Assembly: GCA_963765575.1 (NCBI GenBank)
Contig: CAVXWZ010000002.1
Span: forward strand, 480,001-544,000
Direction of reading: 5' to 3'
Length of the DNA stretch: 64,000 bases
Source: an uncultured cyanobacterium
Lineage (GTDB): Bacteria > Cyanobacteriota > Cyanobacteriia > PCC-6307 > Cyanobiaceae
Shown: positions 41,441 to 53,232 of the stretch, piece after piece
Layout of the letters: each line of letters begins with the position of its first letter
Numbering within the stretch: position 1 is the stretch's first letter
Program-made: the position numbers and the translations under genes
The notes under the pieces: generated by a model
The model's database searches: none
Told to the model about the DNA's origin: nothing
What the model saw: only the letters and a program-made list of their open reading frames with translations

Positions 41441-42835
41441 TCACTTGCCGATGCAGAAGCGGGCGAACACCCGATCCAGCACCGCCTCGCTCACCGCCTC
41501 GCCGGTGATTTCGCCCAGGGTCCGCACCGCCTCGCGCAGGTCAATGGTCCAGAAGTCCCAGGGCAGCTCCTGGGCGGCGGCCTCGAGGCTGCGCTGCAGG
41601 GCCACGGCGGCGGCGGCGGCCAGATCCCGCTGGCGGGTGTTGAGCGCCACCTGCAGGCCCTCGGCCGGGGCGGCACCACAGCGCCGCAGCAGTTCCGCCT
41701 CCAGCTCCTGGCGGCCGGCGCCGCTGAGGGCGCTGAGGCTGAGCTCGGCCGGCGGCGGCAGGGCGCCAGCGCCGGGCTGGCCGGGGCCGGCCACCCGGCC
41801 GGCGGCAATCCCGGCGGCATCGGCCTTGTTGCCCACCAGCAGCAGCGGCACGCCGAGCGGCACCAGGGCGCGCAGCGCCTCGTCCTCAGGGGTCCAGCCG
41901 ACGCTGAGATCGAACAACAGCAGCACCCCATCGGCGGCGGCGAGCGCCTCGTGGCTGCGGGCGATGCCCAGCCGCTCGACGCGGTCGTCGGTGGGCCGGA
42001 TGCCGGCGGTGTCGAGCAGGGTGAGGGGCACGCCCTCAAGCACCAGCTCGCTCTCAAGCAGGTCGCGGGTGGTGCCGGGCAGGTCGGTCACGATCGCCCG
42101 CTGCCGCTGGCTGAGCAGGTTGAGCAGGCTGCTCTTGCCCACGTTGGGGCGGCCCACGATCGCCACCCGCAGGCCCTCGCGCAGCAGCTCCCCCTGGCGC
42201 CCCTCGGCCACCAGCTGCTCCAGCTCCCGACCCACCGCCGCCAGCTCAGCGGCCACGGCCTCGCCATCGAGGGGCGGCAGATCCTCCTCGAAGTCCACCC
42301 GCGCCTCCAGCTCGGCCAGCTGATCGAGCAAGCGGTTGCGCAGCCCGCCCAGGCGCCGCTGCAGGCCGCCGTCGAGACCGGCCATGGCCAGCTGGGCGGC
42401 GCGGCGGCTGCGGGCCGTGACCAGCTCGCCGATGGCCTCGGCGCGGGTGAGATCCAGGCGACCGTTGAGGAAGGCCCGCTGGCTGAACTCCCCCGCCAGG
42501 GCCCGGCGGGCGCCGGCGGCGAGCACCAGCTCCAGCACCCGTTGCACCGCCACCAGCCCGCCGTGGCCGTGGAGTTCGACCACGTCCTCGCGGGTGAAGC
42601 TGCGGGGGGCCTTCATCAGCAGCAGCAGGGCCTCATCCACCCGCTCACCACTGGCCGGATCCACCACATGGCCATAGAGCACCCGATGGCTGTCCCACAC
42701 CTGCCGACCGGGGGCCCGGAACAGCTGGCGGCCGATCGCCTCCGCCCGGGGGCCTGAGATTCGTACGATCGCAATGCTGCCCTCACCCGGTGCCACGGCC
42801 GTGGCGATGGCGGCGATGGTGTCCGTGGCGCTCAT
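41441..42835 (-). CDS. mnmE: tRNA modification GTPase
   Basis: DTIAAIAT, GEFSQRAFLNG, GRPNVGKSS, GTTRD, DTAG motifs and C-terminal FCIGK. Confidence 0.97.
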   Translation of the reverse strand: MSATDTIAAIATAVAPGEGSIAIVRISGPRAEAIGRQLFRAPGRQVWDSHRVLYGHVVDPASGERVDEALLLLMKAPRSFTREDVVELHGHGGLVAVQRVLELVLAAGARRALAGEFSQRAFLNGRLDLTRAEAIGELVTARSRRAAQLAMAGLDGGLQRRLGGLRNRLLDQLAELEARVDFEEDLPPLDGEAVAAELAAVGRELEQLVAEGRQGELLREGLRVAIVGRPNVGKSSLLNLLSQRQRAIVTDLPGTTRDLLESELVLEGVPLTLLDTAGIRPTDDRVERLGIARSHEALAAADGVLLLFDLSVGWTPEDEALRALVPLGVPLLLVGNKADAAGIAAGRVAGPGQPGAGALPPPAELSLSALSGAGRQELEAELLRRCGAAPAEGLQVALNTRQRDLAAAAAVALQRSLEAAAQELPWDFWTIDLREAVRTLGEITGEAVSEAVLDRVFARFCIGK

Positions 42836-43325
42836 GCCCCCATTTCAGCCCCACGCCTCACCCTTGCCGGCCCTGCTGCAGCGGCTGCTGACACGCGGCC
42901 GGGAGCTGCTGGCCTGGCTGTGGTCCCAGGAGGGCAGCCACAGCCAGCGGGCCCGGGGCCTGGCGGCGGGCATCTTCTGCGGCTGCTTCCCGTTCTTCGG
43001 CCTGCAGACCCTGCTGGGGGTGGCCCTGGCCTCGCTGGTGCGCGGCAACCACCTGCTGGCGGCGGCCGGCACCTGGATCAGCAATCCCTTCACCTACGTG
43101 CCGCTCTACTGGTTCAACTACAACCTGGGCTGCTGGCTGATCGGACCGGCCGAGGCCTGGCCCGGGATGGCCGCCCTGCAGGCCGACAACCTGGGCCAGC
43201 TGGGCTGGAGTGTGGCCAGCCGGCTGCTGCTGGGCTCCACCATCGTGGGGCTGGTGGCGAGCGCCGCCGGCGGCGGGCTCTACTGGCTGTGGCTGGAGCG
43301 GCAGCAGCGCCGCAACACTGACTGA
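42834..43325 (+). CDS. DUF2062 family membrane protein
   Basis: ARGLAAGIFCG.FP.FG.Q and GTWISNPFT motifs. Confidence 0.85.
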   Translation: MPPFQPHASPLPALLQRLLTRGRELLAWLWSQEGSHSQRARGLAAGIFCGCFPFFGLQTLLGVALASLVRGNHLLAAAGTWISNPFTYVPLYWFNYNLGCWLIGPAEAWPGMAALQADNLGQLGWSVASRLLLGSTIVGLVASAAGGGLYWLWLERQQRRNTD

Positions 43326-43355
43326 GCTGAGCTGAGCTGACTGAGCTGAGCTGAG
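43318..43355. repeat. (CTGAG)n microsatellite, a 19-bp unit x2, at a convergent junction
   Basis: CTGACTGAGCTGAGCTGAG at 43318-43336 and 43337-43355. Confidence 0.9.
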
Positions 43356-43358
43356 CAC

Positions 43359-43547
43359 TCAGGGATTGGCCAGACCGGGAAACACCATCAGGTCGATCTG
43401 GCCGCCGGCGGGATGGCGCCATTCGCGGAACTCGGCCGCCAGGGCCTGCTGCTCCGGGCCCAGGGCCTGGGTCTGCAGGGCCTGGAGCCGGTGGTGCACC
43501 AGGGCCAGGGTGTCGTCGATCAAGCGGGCCGCCTGCTCGGAGGTCAT
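43359..43547 (-). CDS. Small hypothetical protein
   Basis: ATG at 43547 gives MTSEQAARLIDDTLALVHHRLQ...; amphipathic helical character. Confidence 0.55.
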   Translation of the reverse strand: MTSEQAARLIDDTLALVHHRLQALQTQALGPEQQALAAEFREWRHPAGGQIDLMVFPGLANP

Positions 43548-43641
43548 CGCTGCAAGGAAATCAGTGGATCCTGTGTAGGCCGGCTGATCCGGGGCCGCTG
43601 TCGTGTAGAGCACGGCCCACCGCGCCTGTGGGGGAACGCCC

Positions 43642-45141
43642 TCAGTCGAGCCGCACCGCCGCCAGCCAGTCGTGCAGTGGCTGCCAGTCGTCGGCTTGAT
43701 CGATCGCCTCCCAGAGGCGCTCGATCAGGGGACGAACCGGCACCTCGCGCAGGTTCCAGCGCCGCAGGCTGGCGCTGATCCGGGCCGGATCCTGCTGGCG
43801 GCTGCAGGCCCACCAGGCATCGCGCCAGGCCAGCCAGGCGTTGCGGGGGGGATCCGGAGCAGCGGCCACGACGGGCGCCAGGGCCTCGGGATCCTCGGGC
43901 ACGCCATGGGCCTCGATCGCCGCCGCCAGGCCCGCGAAGAAGGCGCCGTAGCCCACCGGCCAGGCGGCCAGCAGCTGCAGGGTGAGGGGCACGGGGTCGC
44001 TCAGCTCCGCCATCGCCGCGGGGGTGTCAGCGAGGGTGGCGATCAGCCCCAGCCGGCGCTGCATCAGCAGGCGGTAGTGGGCGTTGTAGGCCGGCGCGAA
44101 GCCCTCCAGCCGCGCCTCCAGCTCGGCCCGGGGCAGCAGCATCGCCAGGGGCTCCTGCAGCAGGCGCAGGTTGTGGTGGCTGATCGCCGGCTGCTGGCCG
44201 TAGGCGTAGAGGCCGGAGTGGTCGAAGTAGGCCGCCGTGAAGCGCGGATCCCACTGGTCGAGGAAGGCGAAGGGGCCGTAGTCGAAGCTCTCGCCCGCCA
44301 GCGACATGTTGTCGGTGTTGAGCACCCCGTGGGTGAAGCCGGCCGCCATCCACTCGGCGGTGAGCCGCGCCACCCGCTGCACCAGCTCGCCGTAGAAGGC
44401 CAGGCCAGCGTCCGGGCGGGGCGGATGGGCCGCCGCCACGTCGGGGTAGTAGTGGGCCACCACATGGCGCAGCAGGCGCTCCAGCTTCTCCGGCTGGCGC
44501 AGGTAGAGCAGGCGTTCGCAGCTGCCGAAGCGCAGGTGGGTGCGGGCGAGGCGCACCATCACGGCGCTGCGGGTGGGCGAGGGCTCGTCGCCGCGCCAGA
44601 GGTCTTCTCCCGTTTCCACCAGGCTGACGGTGCGGCTGGTGCTCACACCCAGGCGCTGCAGGGCCTCGCTGGCGATGATCTCGCGCACACCGCCCTTGAG
44701 GGTGAGGCGGCCATCGCCGCCGCGGCTCCAGGGGGTGGTGCCGCTGCCCTTGGTGCCCAGGTCCTGCAGCCGGCCATGGCGGTCGCGCAGCTGGCCATAG
44801 AGGAAGCCGCGGCCATCGCCAAGCTGGGGGTTGTAGGTGCCGAATTGATAGCCGTGGTACCGCAGGGCCAGCAGCGGCGTGCGCGCCTCAAAGCGGCCGT
44901 AGGCGGCCTCCACATCGGCGTCAGCGATGGCGCCAGGATCCAGCCCCAGCTGGCGGAAGAGGTCGTCATTGCGGAAGCGCAGCTGGGTGCGGGGAAAGCG
45001 TGCCGCCTCCACCACATCCCAGTACTCGGGGCCCAGCCCCTCCACGGCGGGCTCGAAGGGCAGGGCCAGCAGGGGGTTGGCGATGGCGGCACCGCCTTCG
45101 GGGCCGGCCGCGGTGGACAAGGGCTGACTCTGAGCAGACAA
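43642..45141 (-). CDS. selO: Protein adenylyltransferase SelO/YdiU family
   Basis: YHGYQFG..NPQLGDGRG, KGSGTTPWSR.GDGR, GFTHGVLNTDNM and DYGP motifs. Confidence 0.92.
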   Translation of the reverse strand: MSAQSQPLSTAAGPEGGAAIANPLLALPFEPAVEGLGPEYWDVVEAARFPRTQLRFRNDDLFRQLGLDPGAIADADVEAAYGRFEARTPLLALRYHGYQFGTYNPQLGDGRGFLYGQLRDRHGRLQDLGTKGSGTTPWSRGGDGRLTLKGGVREIIASEALQRLGVSTSRTVSLVETGEDLWRGDEPSPTRSAVMVRLARTHLRFGSCERLLYLRQPEKLERLLRHVVAHYYPDVAAAHPPRPDAGLAFYGELVQRVARLTAEWMAAGFTHGVLNTDNMSLAGESFDYGPFAFLDQWDPRFTAAYFDHSGLYAYGQQPAISHHNLRLLQEPLAMLLPRAELEARLEGFAPAYNAHYRLLMQRRLGLIATLADTPAAMAELSDPVPLTLQLLAAWPVGYGAFFAGLAAAIEAHGVPEDPEALAPVVAAAPDPPRNAWLAWRDAWWACSRQQDPARISASLRRWNLREVPVRPLIERLWEAIDQADDWQPLHDWLAAVRLD

Positions 45142-45183
45142 GGGACTGGGCGAGCAGCAACGTCCGGCCCACGATGGCCACGT

Positions 45184-45378
45184 TCAGGCCCGCTTGATCA
45201 CACGGATCAGCACCAGCAGCAGCACGGCTCCCATCGTGGCCACGAGGATGCTGCCGAGGATGCCCACAACCAGATCACCGAGGAGGCCAAAGCCACCGCC
45301 CTTCACGAGCACACCGGCCAGCCAGCCAGCGATCACACCCACCAACAGAAACCAGTGCACATTCAGGATGCGCAGCAT
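45184..45378 (-). CDS. GlsB/YeaQ/YmgE family stress-response membrane protein (short)
   Basis: VGVIAGWLAG.LVKGGGFGLLGDLVVGILG and ATMGAVLLL. Confidence 0.75.
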   Translation of the reverse strand: MLRILNVHWFLLVGVIAGWLAGVLVKGGGFGLLGDLVVGILGSILVATMGAVLLLVLIRVIKRA

Positions 45379-45431
45379 GCAGCAGGAGGGTGTGCCGGTT
45401 GCTGCGACCTCGGGGTGCAGCACCAGCGGGG

Positions 45432-47876
<2,445 letters not shown>

Positions 47877-47979
47877 GGGGTCCTGCGGAGTGGCTTCATC
47901 GTATGCAGGCGGCGAGACTCGGGGGCCATTCCGTGACGTCCTTGTTCAGTTTTCCGTTCTGTCCCCCCGGCTGCTGACC

Positions 47980-49611
47980 ATGGCCGACCCCGCCATGGCC
48001 GATCCCGCCAGCGCCAGCCCGGTGCTCAGCCTGCGGCAGCTCAAGGTGTCCTACCCCCAGAGCCCGCGCCCCACCCTGGACGGCCTCGATCTCAGCCTCA
48101 ACCCCGGCGAGACCCTGGCCCTGGTGGGCCCCTCGGGCTGCGGCAAGAGCACCGTGGCGCGGGCGGCGTTGCAACTGCTGCCCCAGGGCAGCACCTGCAG
48201 CGGCGAGCTGCTGCTGGCCGGCCGCGATCCGCGCAGCCTGCGGCGGCCGGCCCTGCGCCGGCTGCGGGGCGAGGCGGTGGGGCTGGTGTTTCAGGACCCG
48301 ATGACCCGGCTCAACCCGCTGCTCAGGATCGGTGCCCACCTCAGCGACACCCTGCGGGCCCATCGTCCCGGCTGGAGCCGCCGCCAGCTGCGCCAGCGGG
48401 CCGAAGAGCTGCTCAGCCGGGTGGGGATCGACGTGGACCGCTACGGCAGCTATCCCCATGAATTCAGTGGCGGCATGCGCCAGCGGCTGGCGATCGCCCT
48501 GGCCCTGGCCCTCAATCCACCGCTGGTGATCGCCGACGAGCCCACCACCAGCCTGGATGTGGCGGTGGCGGGCCAGGTGATGGCCGAGCTCACGGGCCTC
48601 TGCCGCGAGGCCGGCAGCGCCCTGCTGCTGATCAGCCACGACCTGGCCATGGCCGGGCGCTGGTGCGATCAGATCGCCGTGCTCGATGAGGGCCGCCTGA
48701 TCGAGCGGGCCCCGGCCCGGCAGCTGCTCACGGCACCGCAATCACCCCTGGCCCAGCGGCTGGTGGCCCGGGCGCGGGAGCGCGAGGGGCGCCAGAGCCA
48801 GGCCCCGGACGCGGCGCCGCTGCTGCTGGAGATCGAGGCGCTGCGCTGCTGGCATCCGCTGCCGGGCCTGCCCTGGCAGCGCCAGTGGCTGAAGGCGGTG
48901 GACGGCGTCAGCCTGCGGCTGCAGCAGGGCGAAAGCATCGGCCTGGTGGGGGCCTCGGGCTGCGGCAAGAGCACCCTCTGCCGGGCGTTGATGGGTCTGG
49001 CGCCGGTGCGCGGCGGCGCCGTGCGCCTGGAGGGGGTGGACCTGCAGCGGCTGCGGGGCGGCAGCCTGCGCCGCGCCCGACGGGGCCTGCAGATGGTGTT
49101 CCAGGACCCGCTGGCCTGCCTCAACCCGCAGATGCGGGTGGGCGAGGCGATCGCCGACCCGCTGCTGATCCATGGCCTGGCCAGCCGCGCCGCCGCCCGC
49201 GAGCGGGCCCGCGAGCTGATGGCGGCGGTGGGGCTGAACCCACCGGAGGCCTTCGACACCCGCCTGCCCCGCCAGCTCTCCGGCGGCCAGCAGCAGCGGG
49301 TGGCGATCGCCCGGGCCCTGATCCTCGAGCCCCGCGTGCTGCTCTGCGACGAGAGCGTGAGCATGCTCGACGCCGAAGTGCAGGCCGAAGTGCTGCAGCT
49401 GCTGCGCGATCTGCAGACCCGCCTGGGGCTGGGGATGCTGTTCGTGACCCACGACCTGGCGGTGGCCAGCGGCTTCTGCCACCGGGTGATCGTGCTCGAC
49501 GGCGGCCGCATCGTGGAGGAGGGCCCGGGGGCGGCGCTGCTGCGCCAGCCGCGGGCGGCGATCACCCGGCAGCTCGTGGAGGCCTGCCCGCGGCTGCCGG
49601 AGCTGGCCTAG
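47980..49611 (+). CDS. Dipeptide/oligopeptide ABC transporter ATP-binding protein (two fused ATPase domains)
   Basis: Two Walker A motifs (GPSGCGKS, GASGCGKS), FSGGMRQR and LSGGQQQR. Confidence 0.92.
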   Translation: MADPAMADPASASPVLSLRQLKVSYPQSPRPTLDGLDLSLNPGETLALVGPSGCGKSTVARAALQLLPQGSTCSGELLLAGRDPRSLRRPALRRLRGEAVGLVFQDPMTRLNPLLRIGAHLSDTLRAHRPGWSRRQLRQRAEELLSRVGIDVDRYGSYPHEFSGGMRQRLAIALALALNPPLVIADEPTTSLDVAVAGQVMAELTGLCREAGSALLLISHDLAMAGRWCDQIAVLDEGRLIERAPARQLLTAPQSPLAQRLVARAREREGRQSQAPDAAPLLLEIEALRCWHPLPGLPWQRQWLKAVDGVSLRLQQGESIGLVGASGCGKSTLCRALMGLAPVRGGAVRLEGVDLQRLRGGSLRRARRGLQMVFQDPLACLNPQMRVGEAIADPLLIHGLASRAAARERARELMAAVGLNPPEAFDTRLPRQLSGGQQQRVAIARALILEPRVLLCDESVSMLDAEVQAEVLQLLRDLQTRLGLGMLFVTHDLAVASGFCHRVIVLDGGRIVEEGPGAALLRQPRAAITRQLVEACPRLPELA

Positions 49612-50567
49612 GCCCCCTGGCCCGCCCGGCGGCGCAGGCGCAGCAGCAGCTGCTCGAACACCGGCGGCAGGGGCGCCTCGCACACCAGGCGCTCGCCGCT
49701 GATCGGATGGTTCAGCCCCAGCTGCACGGCATGCAGGGCCTGGCCGGGCAGCTCCAGCGGCAGCCGGCGACAGCGCGAATACACCGGATCGCCCACGATC
49801 GGGTGGTTGATGTGGGCGCAGTGCACCCGGATCTGGTGGGTGCGGCCGGTGTCGAGCTTGAAGCGCAGCAGGGCGTGGTCGCCCAGCCGCTCCACCACCC
49901 GCCAGTGGGTGCGGGCATCGCGGCCGCTGCCGTCGCTCACCACCGCGTACTTCTTGCGATCCACCGGGTGGCGGCCGATGGCGCCCACCACCATGCCGGT
50001 CTCGGCCGCCGGCTGGCCGTGCACCACCGCCAGGTACTGGCGCGAGGCGATGCGCTTCTGGATCTGCACCTGCAACTTCACCAGGGCCTCCTGGCTCTTG
50101 GCCACCACGATGCAGCCGGTGGTGTCCTTGTCGAGCCGGTGCACGATGCCCGGCCGCAGCTCACCGCCGATGCCGGGAAGGTCGGGGCAGTGGTGCAGCA
50201 GGCCGTTCACCAGGGTGCCGTCCCTGTTGCCCGGCGCCGGATGCACGGTGAGGCCGGCGGGCTTGTTGAGCACGATCAGGTGGGCGTCCTCGAAGAGCAC
50301 ATCCAGCGGCATCGCCTGGGCGAGCAGGTAGGGCAGGGGCTCGGGGGGCGGCATCCACAGCTCCACCGTGTCGCCGGGGCGCAGGGGCGTCTTGGCCCGG
50401 CCCGTGACGCCATTGACGCGCACGTAGCCGGCATCGATGAATTTCTGGATGCGGGCGCGGCTCTGCTCCGGCCGCTGGCTCACCAGCCAGCGATCCAGCC
50501 GCATCGGCAGCGGTCTGGGGTAGGTGAGCGTCAGCAGCTCGCCCGCACCGTGGCCAAAGCCGCTCAT
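49608..50567 (-). CDS. rluD: RluA/RluD family pseudouridine synthase
   Basis: S4-like RLDRWL, NKPAG, HRLDKDTTG and TGRTHQIRVH motifs. Confidence 0.9.
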   Translation of the reverse strand: MSGFGHGAGELLTLTYPRPLPMRLDRWLVSQRPEQSRARIQKFIDAGYVRVNGVTGRAKTPLRPGDTVELWMPPPEPLPYLLAQAMPLDVLFEDAHLIVLNKPAGLTVHPAPGNRDGTLVNGLLHHCPDLPGIGGELRPGIVHRLDKDTTGCIVVAKSQEALVKLQVQIQKRIASRQYLAVVHGQPAAETGMVVGAIGRHPVDRKKYAVVSDGSGRDARTHWRVVERLGDHALLRFKLDTGRTHQIRVHCAHINHPIVGDPVYSRCRRLPLELPGQALHAVQLGLNHPISGERLVCEAPLPPVFEQLLLRLRRRAGQGA

Positions 50568-51487
50568 GGCGCCGGCGGCAGCTCCAGGCCGATCGCCCCC
50601 AGGCGGCTGCAGCGGAAGTCGTCGAGCAGCTTGGTGGCCATGCGCAGGCCATCGCCGCTGGTGTGGCGCTCGGCCGCCGCCAGCATCCAGCTCTCGGCAT
50701 CGGGGCCGCCCGTGGGCAGCACCCCCAGGGCGATGCCGTAGCGCCGCTCCAGCAGGCCGGGGGTGGCGCCCGCCGCCGGCAGCGCCTGCAGAGCGGTGAG
50801 CAGGGCGATGAAGGCCCGGGCCACCGCCTCGGCGTCGTAGGCCGCCTGGCCGATGTCATCACAGAGGGCCAGGCGCAGGGCCGCCTGCTGGTCGTCCAGC
50901 CGCGGCGGCAGCACGCCGGGGGCATCGAGCAGGTCGAGGTCCTGGCCCAGGCGCACCCAGCGCAGGCTGCGGGTGACGCCGGCGCGGCGGGCGCTCTCCA
51001 CCACCTTCTGACGCACCAGGCGGTTGATCAGGGCCGACTTGCCCACATTCGGGAAGCCCAGCATCAGGGCCCGCACCGGCCGCGGCCGCATGTCGCGGCC
51101 GCGGCGGCGGGCGTTGAGGGCATCGCCACTGCGGATCGCCGCCTGCTGCAGCTGCTTCACGCCGGTGCCCACCTTGGCGTCACACCACAGCAGCGTCTGG
51201 CCGCGGGCCCGGAACCAGTCCGTCCAGGCGGCCCGCAGCGGCGGCGGGATCATGTCCACCCGGTTGAGCACCAGCAGGTGCTGGCGGCTGCCGATCCAAC
51301 GCTGCAGGCGCGGGTGGCCGGTGGCCAGAGGCACACGGGCATCGCGCACCTCGATCACCAGGTCCACCTTCGCCAGGGCCGCGCGCAGGGCCCGCTCGGC
51401 CTTGGCGATGTGGCCGGGATACCACTGGATCGCCGGCGCGTTGACGCTCAGCCCCACGGCCGGCGGGACAGTGGCGGAATCGCCCAT
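50564..51487 (-). CDS. rbgA: Ribosome biogenesis GTPase YlqF/RbgA
   Basis: IQWYPGH, EVRDAR, GFPNVGKS and DAPG motifs. Confidence 0.93.
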   Translation of the reverse strand: MGDSATVPPAVGLSVNAPAIQWYPGHIAKAERALRAALAKVDLVIEVRDARVPLATGHPRLQRWIGSRQHLLVLNRVDMIPPPLRAAWTDWFRARGQTLLWCDAKVGTGVKQLQQAAIRSGDALNARRRGRDMRPRPVRALMLGFPNVGKSALINRLVRQKVVESARRAGVTRSLRWVRLGQDLDLLDAPGVLPPRLDDQQAALRLALCDDIGQAAYDAEAVARAFIALLTALQALPAAGATPGLLERRYGIALGVLPTGGPDAESWMLAAAERHTSGDGLRMATKLLDDFRCSRLGAIGLELPPAP

Positions 51488-51858
51488 CAGGGCACCACCA
51501 GCACGGGACAGGGGGCCAGCTGGATCACCCGTGCCGCCGTGCTGTGCTGATCGCTCTCCAGGGCGATGCCGCGGGTGCCCATCACGATCACATCGGCATC
51601 GATCTCGTCGGCCACATCGCCGATCACGAAGGCCGCCTTGCCGGCGCGCTCGATCACCTCACAGGCCACGCCGGCCTGCTGAAAGCTGCCGCGGGCCTGC
51701 TCCAGCAGTCGGGCCACGGCCGGCTCGTCGTCGTCGGGTTCCACCACCGAGAGCAGCACCAGACGGCTGCCATGCTCCTGCACGAGCTTCAGGGCCAGCG
51801 CGGCGGTCTCCATGGCCTGGCGGCTGCGATCGATCGGAAACAGAACGGTGTTGAACAT
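51487..51858 (-). CDS. Universal stress protein
   Basis: [20 protein letters not shown] and APCPVLVVP. Confidence 0.92.
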   Translation of the reverse strand: MFNTVLFPIDRSRQAMETAALALKLVQEHGSRLVLLSVVEPDDDEPAVARLLEQARGSFQQAGVACEVIERAGKAAFVIGDVADEIDADVIVMGTRGIALESDQHSTAARVIQLAPCPVLVVP

Positions 51859-51967
51859 GGCTGGGGTGGACCTGCCCCATCCAGGTGGGGCCGGGCAGGG
51901 ATTCAGTCTGGACGACGCCCTGCGGGCTAGGCTCCCGCCCGTTTATCCCTATTCCCAAACGCGTCCC

Positions 51968-53173
51968 ATGGCGAAACGATCCCTCACCAGCCTCAGCGTC
52001 GATGAACTGCGGGGCAAACGGGTGCTGGTGCGGGTCGACTTCAACGTGCCCCAGGACGACAGCGGCGCCATCACCGATGACACCCGCATCCGCGCCGCCC
52101 TGCCCACCATCGCCCACCTGCGCGGCAGCGGCGCCCGGGTGATCCTGGCCGCCCACTACGGCCGGCCCAAGGGCCAGGTGGTGGAGGGCATGCGCCTCAC
52201 CCAGGTGGCGGCCCGGCTCAGCGACCTGCTGGGGGTGCCGGTGGTCAAGACCGACAGCTGCATCGGCCCCGATGCCGAGGCCAAGGTGGCGGCCATGGCC
52301 GACGGCGATGTGGTGCTGCTGGAGAACGTGCGCTTCTTCGCCGAGGAGGAGAAGAACGCCCCCGAATTCGCCGCCAAGCTGGCGGCCCTGGCCGAGGTGT
52401 ACGTGAACGACGCCTTCGGCGCCGCCCACCGCGCCCATGCCTCCACCGAGGGCGTGGCGCGGGCCCTGAGCCCCAGCGTGGCCGGCCAGCTGATGGAGAA
52501 GGAGCTGGCCTACCTGCAGGGTGCGATCGACGCCCCCAAGCGGCCCCTGGCGGCGATCGTGGGCGGCTCCAAGGTGAGCAGCAAGATCGGCGTGCTCGAG
52601 GCCCTGATCGACAAGTGCGACAAGGTTCTCGTCGGTGGCGGCATGATCTTCACCTTCTACAAGGCCCGCGGCCTGGCGGTGGGCAAGAGCCTCGTGGAGG
52701 AGGACAAGCTGGAGCTCGCCAGGGAGCTGGAGGCCAAGGCGAAAGCCAAGGGGGTGCAGTTCCTGCTGCCCACCGATGTGGTGCTGGCCGACAACTTCGC
52801 CCCCGACGCCAACACCCAGGTGGCGCCGATCGAGGCCATCCCCGACGGCTGGATGGGCCTGGACATCGGTCCCGACTCGGTGACGGTGTTCCAGCAGGCC
52901 CTGGCTGACTGCAAGACGGTGATCTGGAACGGGCCGATGGGGGTGTTCGAATTCGACGCCTTCGCCGCCGGCACCAACGCCATCGCCCACACCCTCGCTG
53001 AGCTCAGCGCCCAGGGCACGATCACGATCATCGGCGGCGGCGATTCCGTGGCCGCCGTGGAGAAGGTGGGCGTGGCCGACAAGATGAGCCACATCTCCAC
53101 CGGCGGCGGCGCCAGCCTGGAGCTGTTGGAGGGCAAGGTGCTGCCGGGCGTGGCCGCCCTCGACGAGGCCTGA
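51968..53173 (+). CDS. pgk: Phosphoglycerate kinase
   Basis: [36 protein letters not shown] and STGGGASLE motifs. Confidence 0.98.
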   Translation: MAKRSLTSLSVDELRGKRVLVRVDFNVPQDDSGAITDDTRIRAALPTIAHLRGSGARVILAAHYGRPKGQVVEGMRLTQVAARLSDLLGVPVVKTDSCIGPDAEAKVAAMADGDVVLLENVRFFAEEEKNAPEFAAKLAALAEVYVNDAFGAAHRAHASTEGVARALSPSVAGQLMEKELAYLQGAIDAPKRPLAAIVGGSKVSSKIGVLEALIDKCDKVLVGGGMIFTFYKARGLAVGKSLVEEDKLELARELEAKAKAKGVQFLLPTDVVLADNFAPDANTQVAPIEAIPDGWMGLDIGPDSVTVFQQALADCKTVIWNGPMGVFEFDAFAAGTNAIAHTLAELSAQGTITIIGGGDSVAAVEKVGVADKMSHISTGGGASLELLEGKVLPGVAALDEA

Positions 53174-53176
53174 GGA

Positions 53177-53226
53177 AGGGCCTGACTGGCAGGCGGGGCT
53201 TGCCCCCGCGCTGTCAGTCAGACCCT
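53177..53226. terminator. Long GC-rich hairpin between convergent pgk and haloperoxidase genes
   Basis: CTGACTGGCAG-GCGGGG pairs with CCCCGC-G-CTGTCAGTCAG. There is no U-tract, so terminator function is inferred. Confidence 0.55.
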
Positions 53227-53232
53227 CAGCCT

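Noticed and set aside
43318..43355. Possible CRISPR array
   Set aside because: It is a pentamer microsatellite with no unique spacers, and no cas genes are present.
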